Assembly (NCBI GenBank): GCA_963518955.1
Contig: CAUQKI010000006.1
Location: 1,162 to 65,161 of the forward strand
Length of the DNA: 64,000 nucleotides
Direction: 5' to 3'
Source of the DNA: an uncultured Flavobacteriaceae bacterium
GTDB taxonomy: Bacteria; Bacteroidota; Bacteroidia; Flavobacteriales; Weeksellaceae
In this document: positions 26,211 through 36,453 of the stretch, in pieces
How positions within the stretch are numbered: position 1 is the stretch's first letter
Layout of the letters: every line of letters starts with the position of its first letter
Translations under genes and position numbers: made by a program
Notes under the pieces: generated by a model
Told to the model about the DNA's origin: nothing
Seen by the model: the letters and a program-made list of their open reading frames with translations, nothing else
Databases searched by the model: none

Positions 26211-28991
26211 TTATAATTTTTCCTTAATAAATCTTGCGGTTTGGGATTTCTTGTTTTTCGCTAATTCCTCTGGCGTTCCAGCAAAAACAATCTCGCCGCC
26301 GTACTTCCCTGCCTCTGGCCCTACATCTATTATCCAGTCTGCACATTTTATGATATCAGGCTGATGCTCTATCACGATGACAGAATGCCCAAGATCGATG
26401 AGCGACTGCAAGGAAACCATAAGTTTGCTAATATCATGGAAATGAAGCCCTGTGGACGGCTCATCAAATATAAATAAAGTTTTCTCCGTAGTCACGCCTT
26501 TTACCAAGAAGGAAGCCAGTTTTATCCTCTGCGCTTCTCCACCCGATAATGTGGATGAGCTTTGTCCCAACTGAAGATATCCCAAGCCGACATCCTGCAA
26601 GGGTTTTAGTTTGGTTACTATTTTCTTATCGCCGCTTTCGGTAAAAAACTGGACAGCATCATCTACGGTAAGGTGCAGAATATCAGAAATGTTTTTTTCA
26701 TGATATTTCACTTCTAAAACCTCTGACTTAAAGCGGCTTCCCTTACAATGCTCGCACACCAGCTCTATATCCGCCATAAACTGCATGGACACGGTAATTA
26801 CTCCTTCTCCCTTGCACTCATCACATCTTCCACCATCTACATTGAACGAGAAATGCTTTGGCTTCAGCCCTTGTATGGCAGCTGCCTTTTGTTTTGCGAA
26901 CAAATCACGAATATCATCATAGGCTTTTAGGTAAGTAACAGGATTGGAACGAGAGGATTTTCCAATTGAATTTTGGTCTATGAGTTCTATGTTTTTAACC
27001 AAAGTAGAAGGAAACTCCACGCTGTCATAATCTCCTTTTTTACCGCCCATTCCGAGCTGAATCTGTATTTCATTCGCCAAAACCTCCTTCATAAGGGTAG
27101 ATTTCCCACTTCCCGAAACGCCTGATATTACCACAAAACTCTCCAGCGGAATGTCCAAATCTATGTTTTTCAAGTTATTTTGCCTAGCGCCTTTGATTTT
27201 GATAAATTCCTTTGATTTTCTGCGCTTTTCAGGAATTTTTATTTCTAATTTCCCTGTAAGATACTGAGCTGTAAGCGTATCGGATTTTTTTAACTCTTCA
27301 AAATTTCCCGCAAAAACTAGCTCTCCTCCTAGGAAACCTGCCTCAGGGCCGATATCTATAATGAAATTTGCCGCCCTCATGATATCCTCATCGTGTTCTA
27401 CGACAATCACCGTATTCCCTAAATCACGAAGGTTTTTAAGGACTTCTATCAGGTTTTCTGTATCACGAGAATGCAGACCAATACTTGGCTCATCCAATAT
27501 GTAGATAGAACCAACCAACGAGCTTCCGAGGCTGGTAGCGAGGTTAATTCTCTGGCTTTCACCACCAGAAAGCGTATTGGAAGTTCTATTCAAGGTCAAA
27601 TATCCGAGTCCCACTTTCAGCAAAAACTCTAATCGCGTAGTGATTTCGTAGAGAAGTCTCTTTGCGATTTCCTGCTCATGTGGAGTTAGTTTAAGGTTTT
27701 TGACTAGTGGCAAAAGCTCATCCAATGGCAAATCCACCAAAGTCTGAATGCTGTGTCCATCTATTTTTACCCAAGATGCCTCCTCTCTCAGCCTCAGCCC
27801 TTCACAGACTGGGCAGGTGGTTTTCCCACGATAGCGGGAAAGCATCACTCGGTATTGGATTTTATAGAGATTGTCCTCCAGCATTTTAAAAAAATGATTG
27901 ATACAAGGAAAATCTGCATCGCCATTTCCCTGCCAAAGGAGTTTTTTTTGTTCTTTATCCAGCTGAAAATAAGGCTTATGAATAGGAAAATCTTTTGCTT
28001 TTTTTATAAACATCGCTTTCCATTCTTTCATGGTATCGCCTTTCCAGCAGGCTACTGCATCCTCAAAAATGGATAAATTTTTATTCGGAATTACTAGATC
28101 TTCATCAATGCCGATGACCTTGCCATAGCCCTCACAGGAAGGACAGGCGCCGTATGGATTATTAAAACTAAAAAAATGAATATTCGGTTCTAAAAACTCT
28201 ATTCCATCTAATTCGAATTTATTAGAAAAATTGGTAACCTTTTCGTTTTCAGCATCTTTCAAAGAACAATAACCTCGCCCTTCATAGAATGCAATCTGGA
28301 TAGAATCTGCCAGCCTTTGGAGAAAACTTTCATCATCTTCATACAAAAATCGGTCTATGATGAGATGAATGTCCATACCTTTTTCAGGAGTGAAATTAAA
28401 CGCTTCCAAATCCTCTATATTTACCGTATTTCCATTGATTTCTAAGCGGGTAAATCCTGAAAGTTTCAGGGTGCTGAGTGTATTTTTAAAGGTATCCGTT
28501 TCATAATGCAGCGGTGAGCGAAGTGTGTAGGTTTTCCCTTCGTTTTTCTGGATAAAATCTATCACATCAGAAACGCTGTCTTTCCTTACCTCCTGCCCTG
28601 AAACAGGCGAAAAAGTGCGCCCTATCCTTGCGAAAAGCAGTTTCAGATAGTCGTAAATCTCTGTGGAAGTGCCCACTGTGGAGCGAGGATTGGAGGAAAT
28701 GACTTTCTGCTGAATAGCAATGGAAGGCGCAAGTCCCTTGATATCATCTACTTTGGGTTTTTCTAATTTACCCAAAAACTGCCTTGCATACGAGCTTAGA
28801 CTCTCCACATATCGGCGCTGTCCCTCGGCATAGATGGTATCAAAAGCCAAGGAAGATTTTCCCGAGCCAGAAACTCCCGTGATGACCACCAGCTTATTTT
28901 TCGGGATGCAGACATCTATATGTTTCAAGTTATTGAGATGTGCATTTTTTACAAAAATTTCTTTTTTGATGTTTATTTCTCGCTCTGCCAT
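26211..28991 (-). CDS. Excinuclease ABC subunit A paralog (UvrA2)
   Basis: 926 aa. Same two-module ABC architecture ([14 protein letters not shown] and GVSGSGKSTLMKE, LSGGE x2). Clearly diverged from the 21312 copy. Confidence 0.9.
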   Translation of the reverse strand: MAEREINIKKEIFVKNAHLNNLKHIDVCIPKNKLVVITGVSGSGKSSLAFDTIYAEGQRRYVESLSSYARQFLGKLEKPKVDDIKGLAPSIAIQQKVISSNPRSTVGTSTEIYDYLKLLFARIGRTFSPVSGQEVRKDSVSDVIDFIQKNEGKTYTLRSPLHYETDTFKNTLSTLKLSGFTRLEINGNTVNIEDLEAFNFTPEKGMDIHLIIDRFLYEDDESFLQRLADSIQIAFYEGRGYCSLKDAENEKVTNFSNKFELDGIEFLEPNIHFFSFNNPYGACPSCEGYGKVIGIDEDLVIPNKNLSIFEDAVACWKGDTMKEWKAMFIKKAKDFPIHKPYFQLDKEQKKLLWQGNGDADFPCINHFFKMLEDNLYKIQYRVMLSRYRGKTTCPVCEGLRLREEASWVKIDGHSIQTLVDLPLDELLPLVKNLKLTPHEQEIAKRLLYEITTRLEFLLKVGLGYLTLNRTSNTLSGGESQRINLATSLGSSLVGSIYILDEPSIGLHSRDTENLIEVLKNLRDLGNTVIVVEHDEDIMRAANFIIDIGPEAGFLGGELVFAGNFEELKKSDTLTAQYLTGKLEIKIPEKRRKSKEFIKIKGARQNNLKNIDLDIPLESFVVISGVSGSGKSTLMKEVLANEIQIQLGMGGKKGDYDSVEFPSTLVKNIELIDQNSIGKSSRSNPVTYLKAYDDIRDLFAKQKAAAIQGLKPKHFSFNVDGGRCDECKGEGVITVSMQFMADIELVCEHCKGSRFKSEVLEVKYHEKNISDILHLTVDDAVQFFTESGDKKIVTKLKPLQDVGLGYLQLGQSSSTLSGGEAQRIKLASFLVKGVTTEKTLFIFDEPSTGLHFHDISKLMVSLQSLIDLGHSVIVIEHQPDIIKCADWIIDVGPEAGKYGGEIVFAGTPEELAKNKKSQTARFIKEKL

Positions 28992-29204
28992 TGCATTTAT
29001 AAATAAAATACAAAGGTAAGGAAGATACGGCAGAAAATATAATTTTGCTTCTTTTTAGCTCGTAAAAATTTGTATTTTCCTAAAAATCAAAATATTATCT
29101 ATTTGTAATATTCTAATATTTTTGCGTATTTTTGTCCTAAATCGCTCATTGCATTTAATTATTTGATAATCATATGATTATTTGCGCAACAGATTAAATA
29201 TATT

Positions 29205-29723
29205 ATGAATAAAATTGTATTTTTTGTATTAAGTTTAGTTTTGATTTCTTGCGAGAAAAAAGACAGAATAGAAATTGATAATATTGATGGCTACAAAGTA
29301 GAAAAAAAATTCAAAAATGATACTTTGGTAAGTTCTAAAACATATGATGGAGATATGCTAATTTGGGAAATACTTTATAATAAAAATGGGATAGTCAAAA
29401 AAGCAACCGAGTTTTACCCGACAGGTTCTATAAAAAGTGTTTCTACATTACAAAAAGAACCTAACTATTATTATGATATTGAATACTATGAAAGTGGCGA
29501 GAAACAAATGATGGGAGAGTCTAACCTTATAAAGTCTAGACAATCCCGACTGAGAAGAGGTGCAGCAATATTTTACACAAAACAACAAAAGATTTCTTCA
29601 ATATTGGTATTTTTCAATGATGGAAAAGAAAAAGAATATCTCGTGAGGGAAACCATATTGGACACAATAACAGATAAAATACTGACAGACAAAGAATACG
29701 ACCCACCTGCTCTTCTAAAATAA
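29205..29723 (+). CDS. Lipoprotein with MORN-variant repeats (YwqK-like)
   Basis: Lipoprotein signal ISC. Repeated Y..G......Y..nG pattern. Confidence 0.5.
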   Translation: MNKIVFFVLSLVLISCEKKDRIEIDNIDGYKVEKKFKNDTLVSSKTYDGDMLIWEILYNKNGIVKKATEFYPTGSIKSVSTLQKEPNYYYDIEYYESGEKQMMGESNLIKSRQSRLRRGAAIFYTKQQKISSILVFFNDGKEKEYLVRETILDTITDKILTDKEYDPPALLK

Positions 29724-29736
29724 AAAAGACAAAATA

Positions 29737-30180
29737 ATGAAAAATAAAAAATTTCTATTAACCATATTATTAAGCCTTACAGCATGTAATAATAAGACAA
29801 AAACTATTAGCACTCTTGATTTAGAGAAAGTAGTAATTAATTATAAGGAACTTCCTGCTTCTGTGAAGAAAAAAGTATTTCCTCCAAATAACGGACTAAT
29901 AACCTTTGGAGAAGAAAATCGCGAAGAATATGAAAGTTTCCAAGAAACTAACAATCCTAAAAAGTATGAATACTATACTAAACAAGATCCTCAATTGGCA
30001 TGGGTACATGATCCATATATAAGAAATAAAAAAACAAAGCAAGAATATTCTATTGATAAAGATGGACCAATGGGAAGTAGATACATTATTTATGGAGATT
30101 CTCTATACATTTCAAATCATTATAACATATACGAAGAAGATAGTTTGAGGTATACTTTCACAAGATACATATTACGATAA
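29737..30180 (+). CDS. Hypothetical lipoprotein
   Basis: Signal LSLTAC. No motif recognised. Confidence 0.5.
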   Translation: MKNKKFLLTILLSLTACNNKTKTISTLDLEKVVINYKELPASVKKKVFPPNNGLITFGEENREEYESFQETNNPKKYEYYTKQDPQLAWVHDPYIRNKKTKQEYSIDKDGPMGSRYIIYGDSLYISNHYNIYEEDSLRYTFTRYILR

Positions 30181-30263
30181 CATACATCCACAGAGATTGA
30201 TAATGTTCCAAATACATTGTTTTTACTATAAATAAAATACAATTCTCTGATAAACATAATAAT

Positions 30264-30296
30264 ATAGATAGGCTCCTGCCTGTCTATTTTATTTTT
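30264..30296 (+). terminator. Rho-independent terminator
   Basis: ATAGATAGG-CTCCTG-CCTGTCTAT followed by TTTATTTTT. Confidence 0.55.
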
Positions 30297-30392
30297 ACAC
30301 AAAAAACATTTTTAACAAAATTTTCATAAAATGAGATAATATTTAATAAATAAATACTATTTTTGTCATTTGCTTTAAAAATAAGAAGAAAA

Positions 30393-31676
30393 ATGAAGAA
30401 GAAATTGTCAATTCAAAAAATCCTAATTACCTCTTTCGCTATGTTTTCTATGATATTTGGTGGAGGTAATTTCATTCTGCCGCCTCTTTTGGGCATCAAG
30501 GCTGCCGATTCTTGGGATGTTGTAGCGATTGCATTTGGTATTTCTGGTGTTTTGATTCCTCTTATGGGCATTATTGCACAGGCAAAAATACAGGGAACTG
30601 TAATAGATTTCGGGAAAAAGGTGCATCCAGTGTTTGCGCTAGTTATAGGAATTTTGATTTACGGCATTTGTCTTTCTTTTCCTATACCGCGCACAGCATC
30701 AGTAGCTTACGAACTTTCCGTAAAGGACAGCATCGAGATTTCTTCTCTATGGTTTGGAGTTATTTATTTCTCGCTGGTGATGTATCTTTGTTTCAACCGA
30801 GGCAAGATACTGGACATTTTGGGCGAATATCTCACTCCTATCCTATTGATAATCATTTTGACTATCATTTTAGGAGCGGTATTCTTTGTCGATAACGAAA
30901 TCCCAAAATCAAATTTAGAAAAACCCTTTTCATTAGGGCTTTTAGAGGGCTACCAGACCTTTGACGGAATGGCATCCATCATCATAGGTGCAGTAATCAT
31001 CACCTCCCTAAATATGGATGATTCACTAGACTTTTCACAAAAAAGAAGACTTACCATCTATGCAGGATTGATAAGCGGTTTGGCGCTGTTCATCATTTAT
31101 GCAGGGTTTATCTATACAGGAGCAGTGCTAAAATCTCATTTCCCATCAGATGATATTTCCCGTTCGGAGGTTCTTTCGAAGGTAAGCTGGCATATTTTGG
31201 GCAATATCGGGAAAACTCTACTAAGTGTAAGTGTCAGCATCGCTTGTTTCACTACTGCTGTCGGTATCATTACGGGAGCAGCAGATTTTATGAAAAATAT
31301 TTTCGGAAATTCTGAAATGGTCTACAAGCTGGTGGTGGTTTTCTCTTGTATTTTAGGAGTTTTTGTAGGGCAGACAGGTGTAGAAAACATTGTAGCCGTT
31401 GCAGTTCCTGTGCTTGTACTGATTTATCCTGTCATCATGGTGCTTATTTTGCTTAATTTCGTTCCAGAGAGCTGGACTTCGGTTTCTATTTTCAGAGGCG
31501 TCACATTAGTTGCTGGGATATTTGCGATACCAGATTTTATGATAACCATTGGTTTTGAGGGCTTTCAGCCTATTCATGACTATCTTCCTCTTGCCTCTTA
31601 CGGCTTGGCTTGGCTGCTGCCTTGTCTTTTTGTTTGGTTTGTTTTATTTATTATCCAAAAAAATAAAAGACTTTAA
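30393..31676 (+). CDS. brnQ: Branched-chain amino acid transport system II carrier (LIVCS family)
   Basis: FAMFSMIFGGGNFILPPLLG N-terminal signature and about 12 TM helices. Start moved to ATG 30393. Confidence 0.85.
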   Translation: MKKKLSIQKILITSFAMFSMIFGGGNFILPPLLGIKAADSWDVVAIAFGISGVLIPLMGIIAQAKIQGTVIDFGKKVHPVFALVIGILIYGICLSFPIPRTASVAYELSVKDSIEISSLWFGVIYFSLVMYLCFNRGKILDILGEYLTPILLIIILTIILGAVFFVDNEIPKSNLEKPFSLGLLEGYQTFDGMASIIIGAVIITSLNMDDSLDFSQKRRLTIYAGLISGLALFIIYAGFIYTGAVLKSHFPSDDISRSEVLSKVSWHILGNIGKTLLSVSVSIACFTTAVGIITGAADFMKNIFGNSEMVYKLVVVFSCILGVFVGQTGVENIVAVAVPVLVLIYPVIMVLILLNFVPESWTSVSIFRGVTLVAGIFAIPDFMITIGFEGFQPIHDYLPLASYGLAWLLPCLFVWFVLFIIQKNKRL

Positions 31677-31784
31677 CATTTTTTTAACTAAATAAAAGAC
31701 AATATGCCGTTTTCAGTGTTATAAATTGTTAAAAATTAGGCATTTCTATTTTTATGCGTAATTTTGCAACCAAATTTAAATGAT

Positions 31785-32255
31785 ATGAAAAACGAAATTA
31801 ATTATTTGAAAGTAGTAATCATGAGTTTGGTTTTAACATTATTTTCTGTTTCAGCAAATGCTCAGCAAAAAAAACACAACTACATCACAACTAATGAGCA
31901 GCTAGCAGAAGAGTTATCCGAAAAATACGGAATACCAAGTGGAGTTATCCTAGCTGTAGCCTTTGTAGAGACAGGCGGCGGAACAAGTAAAGGAGCTAAA
32001 ACTTACAACAACCATTTTGGAATTGTAGGTAAGAATACAGTAACAAAATCAAAATACAAAAGTTTTGATTCCACAAGAGAAAGCTATGAGGCTTTCTGTC
32101 AGATTCTCTCAAGAAAAAAATACTACTCAGATTTAAAAGGTATCAAAGATACAGCTGAATGGGTAAAAGCCATAGCCGCAGCGGGATATTCTACACAGCC
32201 TGTAGAATGGAAAAAAAGAGTCAAAATGATTATCGAAAAATTTAATTTATCTTAA
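31785..32255 (+). CDS. Glucosaminidase-domain protein (endo-beta-N-acetylglucosaminidase-like)
   Basis: The GIPSGVILAVAFVETGGGTSKGAKTYNNHFGI motif is typical of the glucosaminidase domain. Signal peptide present. Confidence 0.7.
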   Translation: MKNEINYLKVVIMSLVLTLFSVSANAQQKKHNYITTNEQLAEELSEKYGIPSGVILAVAFVETGGGTSKGAKTYNNHFGIVGKNTVTKSKYKSFDSTRESYEAFCQILSRKKYYSDLKGIKDTAEWVKAIAAAGYSTQPVEWKKRVKMIIEKFNLS

Positions 32256-32262
32256 AAACACA

Positions 32263-32296
32263 AGCTGTCTGAAAATTCAGACAGCTTTTTTATTTA
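32263..32296 (+). terminator. Rho-independent terminator
   Basis: AGCTGTCTGA-AAAT-TCAGACAGCT followed by TTTTTTATTT. Confidence 0.65.
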
Positions 32297-32328
32297 AAAT
32301 TTGTTCGGTTTATACAAAATAAATAAAT

Positions 32329-33708
32329 TTGCGCTTCGTTGTAATAAAAAAAATTATTTTGAATAATAATAGAATTCACAGGGTGGTAATCTTGGTTACC
32401 TCCTGTTTTTTGGTCTATCTGTCAGCATCTATCCTATCATATGTATATGGATGGAAGTTTGAAGCTTTTGATAAAATAAATTTGGTTTCTGATATTTTTA
32501 AAAAATCAGAAGAAGAACAAAATGCGAGTGGTGAATCCACTATCGCAGGGAAAACAGCAGAAAAACCTGCTAAAGAAGCCGCACAAGAGGATTTTGAACT
32601 GTATAAAAAACCTGAACTTATCACTAATTTTCACAAAGGAGACAGCGTGGTTGCTTTGCCTATTTTAGCTCAGAAATTAACTGAACTAAAAAATACAGGC
32701 AAAGGCAAAATCCGTATCGCCTACTTTGGAGACAGTATGATAGAGGGCGACCTCATCACCCAAACGCTGAGAAAACTTCTACAGCAGGAATTTGGCGGGC
32801 AGGGAGTTGGTTTTCTGCCGATGCATTCTAATGTAGCACAGTTTCGCCAGACTGCGAGAATTTCTGGAACAGGCTGGGAAAGCACGAATTTCATGACTCC
32901 TAAAGCACAAAATATGTACATCTCTGGGCATACTTTCAGAGGAGCAGGAAGTGGAACTTACCAAGACAGAACCCTCACAGATGGCACTTTACCTATTCAA
33001 AAATATATTCTCTATGGAAAAACAGAAGGTGCTGAAATAGAGATAGATGGAATGGAACACACATTACAAGGAAATCATTTGGTTAATAGAAAAATATTAG
33101 CTGATAATACCGATAACACCCTAAAAATCAGATCTAAAACATCTTCATTACCAATATTCGGAGTTGGTTTTGAATCTGAAAATGGTGTGATTTTGGATAA
33201 TTTCTCTTTCCGAGGAATCACAGGTGTGGAATTGAGCAAAATAAATGAGGATTTCTTAGCATCAATCCAAGAAGCCAATCCTTATGATTTGATTGTATTT
33301 CAGTATGGTGTAAATCTTTTATTTAGACCAAAAGATACCAACTATTCTCATTATGAAAAAATGATGCAGCCTATACTGAGCAAAATGCGAAAAGCCTTCC
33401 CTAAAACTGATTTCTTGCTGGTAAGTACCGCAGACAGGGCGTTTAGATACGGCGGAGAATACAAAACGGCTATCGGTATTCCTAATCTGATACAAACTCA
33501 AGCGAAACTTGCTTTTGATAACAAAATGGCATTTTATAACCAATTCGAATCCATGGGTGGAGAAAACTCCATCGTAAGATGGGCTACACAAAGTCCACCA
33601 CTGGCAAATAAAGACTACATCCACCCGAATGGAAAAGGTGCAGAGGTTTTAGCCGAAAAAATATACAACGCAATCATCCAAGACTACAAAAAATACAAAC
33701 GAAAATAA
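32329..33708 (+). CDS. Membrane-anchored SGNH/GDSL hydrolase-family protein (start codon uncertain, non-ATG)
   Basis: Block I FGDSMIEGD and block V DYIHPNGKG. N-terminal TM anchor. Its stop directly abuts the MBOAT ATG. Confidence 0.65.
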   Translation: MRFVVIKKIILNNNRIHRVVILVTSCFLVYLSASILSYVYGWKFEAFDKINLVSDIFKKSEEEQNASGESTIAGKTAEKPAKEAAQEDFELYKKPELITNFHKGDSVVALPILAQKLTELKNTGKGKIRIAYFGDSMIEGDLITQTLRKLLQQEFGGQGVGFLPMHSNVAQFRQTARISGTGWESTNFMTPKAQNMYISGHTFRGAGSGTYQDRTLTDGTLPIQKYILYGKTEGAEIEIDGMEHTLQGNHLVNRKILADNTDNTLKIRSKTSSLPIFGVGFESENGVILDNFSFRGITGVELSKINEDFLASIQEANPYDLIVFQYGVNLLFRPKDTNYSHYEKMMQPILSKMRKAFPKTDFLLVSTADRAFRYGGEYKTAIGIPNLIQTQAKLAFDNKMAFYNQFESMGGENSIVRWATQSPPLANKDYIHPNGKGAEVLAEKIYNAIIQDYKKYKRK

Positions 33709-35370
33709 ATGAAACCATTACAAGAATTTTTTGCAACATTTGACTGGAACGCTTTCTTACAGCAGTTTCTATATGATAGTAAAAACCCGTTGCTGTTTAA
33801 CAATGGTTTTTTCGTGTATTTTTTCACACTATTTATTTTATTATTCTTTGCTTTAAGAAATCACCATAAAGCTCGTAGATATGTCTTCTGCCTTTTTTCG
33901 CTTTATTTTTTCTATAAGGCGAGTGGCTGGTTTGTCGGCTTGGTGCTGATTTCGGCAGTGGTGGATTTCTTTTTATCCAACGCTATCTATAGAGAAGAGA
34001 GCAAAAGCAAGAAAAAATTCCTGCTGGTTCTGAGTATTTTATTTAACCTCGGAATGCTTTTCTATTTTAAATACACGGATTTCTTCATCGAGATTTCTAA
34101 TTCTCTATTTGATACTAATTTTAATCCTTTGAACCTTATTCTTCCGATAGGGATTTCGTTCTATACTTTTGAAAATCTCAGCTATACGGTAGATGTTTAT
34201 CGTGGAGAATTTAAGCCAGCAAATAAATTTTCTGATTATCTTTTGTTCTTGGCGTTTTTCCCAAAACTGATGATGGGACCTATCGTTCGTGCGCATGATT
34301 TCGTTCCACAGATTAATGAACCATATGTGATTTCGGAACGCGACTTCGCAAAAGGTTTTTTCCTAATTATTTCAGGACTAATAAAAAAACTGGTTATATC
34401 AGACTACATCACCCTAAACATGGTGGATTATATGTTTGATAATCCTGCTCTGCACACAGGTGTAGAAAACCTGATGGCAGTCTATGGCTATGCTATGGTG
34501 ATATATTGTGATTTTAGTGGTTATAGTGAGATTGCGATAGGTATTGCTCTTTGGTTAGGGTTTAAAATCCCTCCTAATTTCATGTCGCCATATCAGAGTT
34601 TAAACATCACCGAATTTTGGAGAAGATGGCATATTTCTCTATCTACATGGCTGAAGGACTATCTTTACATTCCATTAGGAGGAAACAGAAATTTCTCAGC
34701 AGCTTCTTTCATTTTTGTGGGAGGATTCCTTGTGGGTTCTTTCATCATGGGAGTAGAGCTGTTCCACTTATCCAATTTTTGGGCAGCAGTGGTTTCTGCA
34801 GTTTTATTATTGATTTTTATAATTCCTGCAGTAATCACAAGAAAAACCAGTGGAATTGCAGCCAATTTTAACCTATTGACTACCATGCTTTTGGGAGGAT
34901 TTTGGCACGGAGCCAGTTGGAATTTCATCATCTGGGGAGCCATCCATGGTGTAGGACTTGGGATTCATAAAATATGGATGCTGCTGACTGATAAAAGCTT
35001 TGCAGCCTTTAACCAAAGCCGAATTTACAAAATCATATCTGGTATTTTGACTTTCCATTTTGTTTGTTTTGCTTGGATTTTCTTTAAAGCTGAAGATTTA
35101 GAAATCGCTAAAACGATGATTTATCAAATCTTTAACAACTTTGATATCAGCGTATTTGGTCCTTTTTATGATAATTATAAAGGCGTAGTATGGATGATTT
35201 TAGCAGCGATGGTTTTACATTTAGTTCCTGATAATCTGGCTGATAAAATAATCGCAAGAACCAAAACCATTCCTATGGTAGTCTATATTTTGGTTTTCTT
35301 CCTGTTTTTGATTCTTTATGGATATTTCAAATCTGCGGAACAAGTAATGCCTATTTACTTACAATTCTAA
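33709..35370 (+). CDS. MBOAT-family membrane O-acyltransferase (AlgI/PatA/DltB-like)
   Basis: FWRRWHISLSTWLKDYLYIPLGGNR holds the conserved His motif. Polytopic membrane protein. Confidence 0.85.
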   Translation: MKPLQEFFATFDWNAFLQQFLYDSKNPLLFNNGFFVYFFTLFILLFFALRNHHKARRYVFCLFSLYFFYKASGWFVGLVLISAVVDFFLSNAIYREESKSKKKFLLVLSILFNLGMLFYFKYTDFFIEISNSLFDTNFNPLNLILPIGISFYTFENLSYTVDVYRGEFKPANKFSDYLLFLAFFPKLMMGPIVRAHDFVPQINEPYVISERDFAKGFFLIISGLIKKLVISDYITLNMVDYMFDNPALHTGVENLMAVYGYAMVIYCDFSGYSEIAIGIALWLGFKIPPNFMSPYQSLNITEFWRRWHISLSTWLKDYLYIPLGGNRNFSAASFIFVGGFLVGSFIMGVELFHLSNFWAAVVSAVLLLIFIIPAVITRKTSGIAANFNLLTTMLLGGFWHGASWNFIIWGAIHGVGLGIHKIWMLLTDKSFAAFNQSRIYKIISGILTFHFVCFAWIFFKAEDLEIAKTMIYQIFNNFDISVFGPFYDNYKGVVWMILAAMVLHLVPDNLADKIIARTKTIPMVVYILVFFLFLILYGYFKSAEQVMPIYLQF

Positions 35371-35391
35371 TTAAAAACATAAAACACAATA

Positions 35392-35434
35392 AAAAAAACT
35401 AACCTCCATTTTTAGGAGGTTAGTTTTTTATTTT
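35392..35434. terminator. Bidirectional terminator between convergent genes
   Basis: A-run, then CTAACCTCC-ATTTTT-AGGAGGTTAG, then T-run. Confidence 0.65.
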
Positions 35435-35438
35435 AAAA

Positions 35439-36389
35439 TTATTCTTCTACATAGTCTGAATCTGCTGTGGCTATTGGCTGCTGCTCATAGGTTTTATATT
35501 TCTGAGCATTAGTATCATAGATTACAACCAAACCTCCTACTTCATTGCTGATAAGAACACCATCACGAGGAGCTTTTATGAAAGAAGAGCTATTCATATA
35601 GATAGACGCTCCTTTAGAAAAGGATTTTAGTTTCAACTTGTCATTATAATTCTCCGCGAAACTCACATAAGGCTTTTTAGTGACTTTGTTTATACTAATG
35701 ATAACCAATCTACTCACTTGACCTTCATTATCATCCAAAATCACAGCATAATCCTTCACACCATCCCCATCAAAATCCCCTGTGCTAAGTGTAGATTTGG
35801 CACGGTCTGCATTCTGAGTAACATTATAAGTTCTACCATCATGATAGCCATCAGCCTCCAAAATCACTTTTTTCACCCCTGGAGGAAGTGAGGAAAATGG
35901 AGGAAGCGAAAAACTATTTTTGAACTCCGTAAAACTATAAGAATCTATCAAAACCTCATCATCCACTGAAATAGGATACTGCTTGGTGCTAGGAACTTTA
36001 TGTGGATTGTTCAGATAGATAATGCTGTTTCCAGAAGAGGATTTTTCCTCATCCAAATACACCTCATCACCAAAATTCAGCTTTTGACCATTTGGCAGGG
36101 TAAGAGTATTACTGATTACTTTATACAAAGTATACGGGTCATACTCACCCTCATAATCACCTGATAATGAGTCTTTTTTAGCTACTTTTACTGAATCTTT
36201 ATTCACTAGGGCTGAATCATTCTGAGAAACGACTTTTTCTGCATCCTTGTTTTTACCAAAGAAAACAAAATAGCCACTCACTCCCAAAATCAGCGCTCCT
36301 ATGATAGAAAAAGCGATATACAGAGACCTTTTGGATATTTTTATCTCATCGTTTTTCTGTTCCTGATTTTCATTGTTTAGATTTTCCAT
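35439..36389 (-). CDS. Membrane-anchored hypothetical protein with an FG-GAP-like motif
   Basis: Single TM after an acidic N-terminus. DFDGDGVKDY motif. Confidence 0.5.
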   Translation of the reverse strand: MENLNNENQEQKNDEIKISKRSLYIAFSIIGALILGVSGYFVFFGKNKDAEKVVSQNDSALVNKDSVKVAKKDSLSGDYEGEYDPYTLYKVISNTLTLPNGQKLNFGDEVYLDEEKSSSGNSIIYLNNPHKVPSTKQYPISVDDEVLIDSYSFTEFKNSFSLPPFSSLPPGVKKVILEADGYHDGRTYNVTQNADRAKSTLSTGDFDGDGVKDYAVILDDNEGQVSRLVIISINKVTKKPYVSFAENYNDKLKLKSFSKGASIYMNSSSFIKAPRDGVLISNEVGGLVVIYDTNAQKYKTYEQQPIATADSDYVEE

Positions 36390-36453
36390 TATTTTTTATT
36401 TTTAAACAAAGATAATAAATAACTTAGTTCTAAACAATGGGTTTTATGAGGAT

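Noticed and set aside
30512-30895. 127-aa alternative-frame ORF inside brnQ, with similar alt-frame ORFs inside the MBOAT, uvrA, pcrA, cysN and pnp genes
   Set aside because: All are nested within long, motif-supported genes, either in other frames or antisense. They are Cys/Arg/Ser-rich, which is typical of spurious frames.
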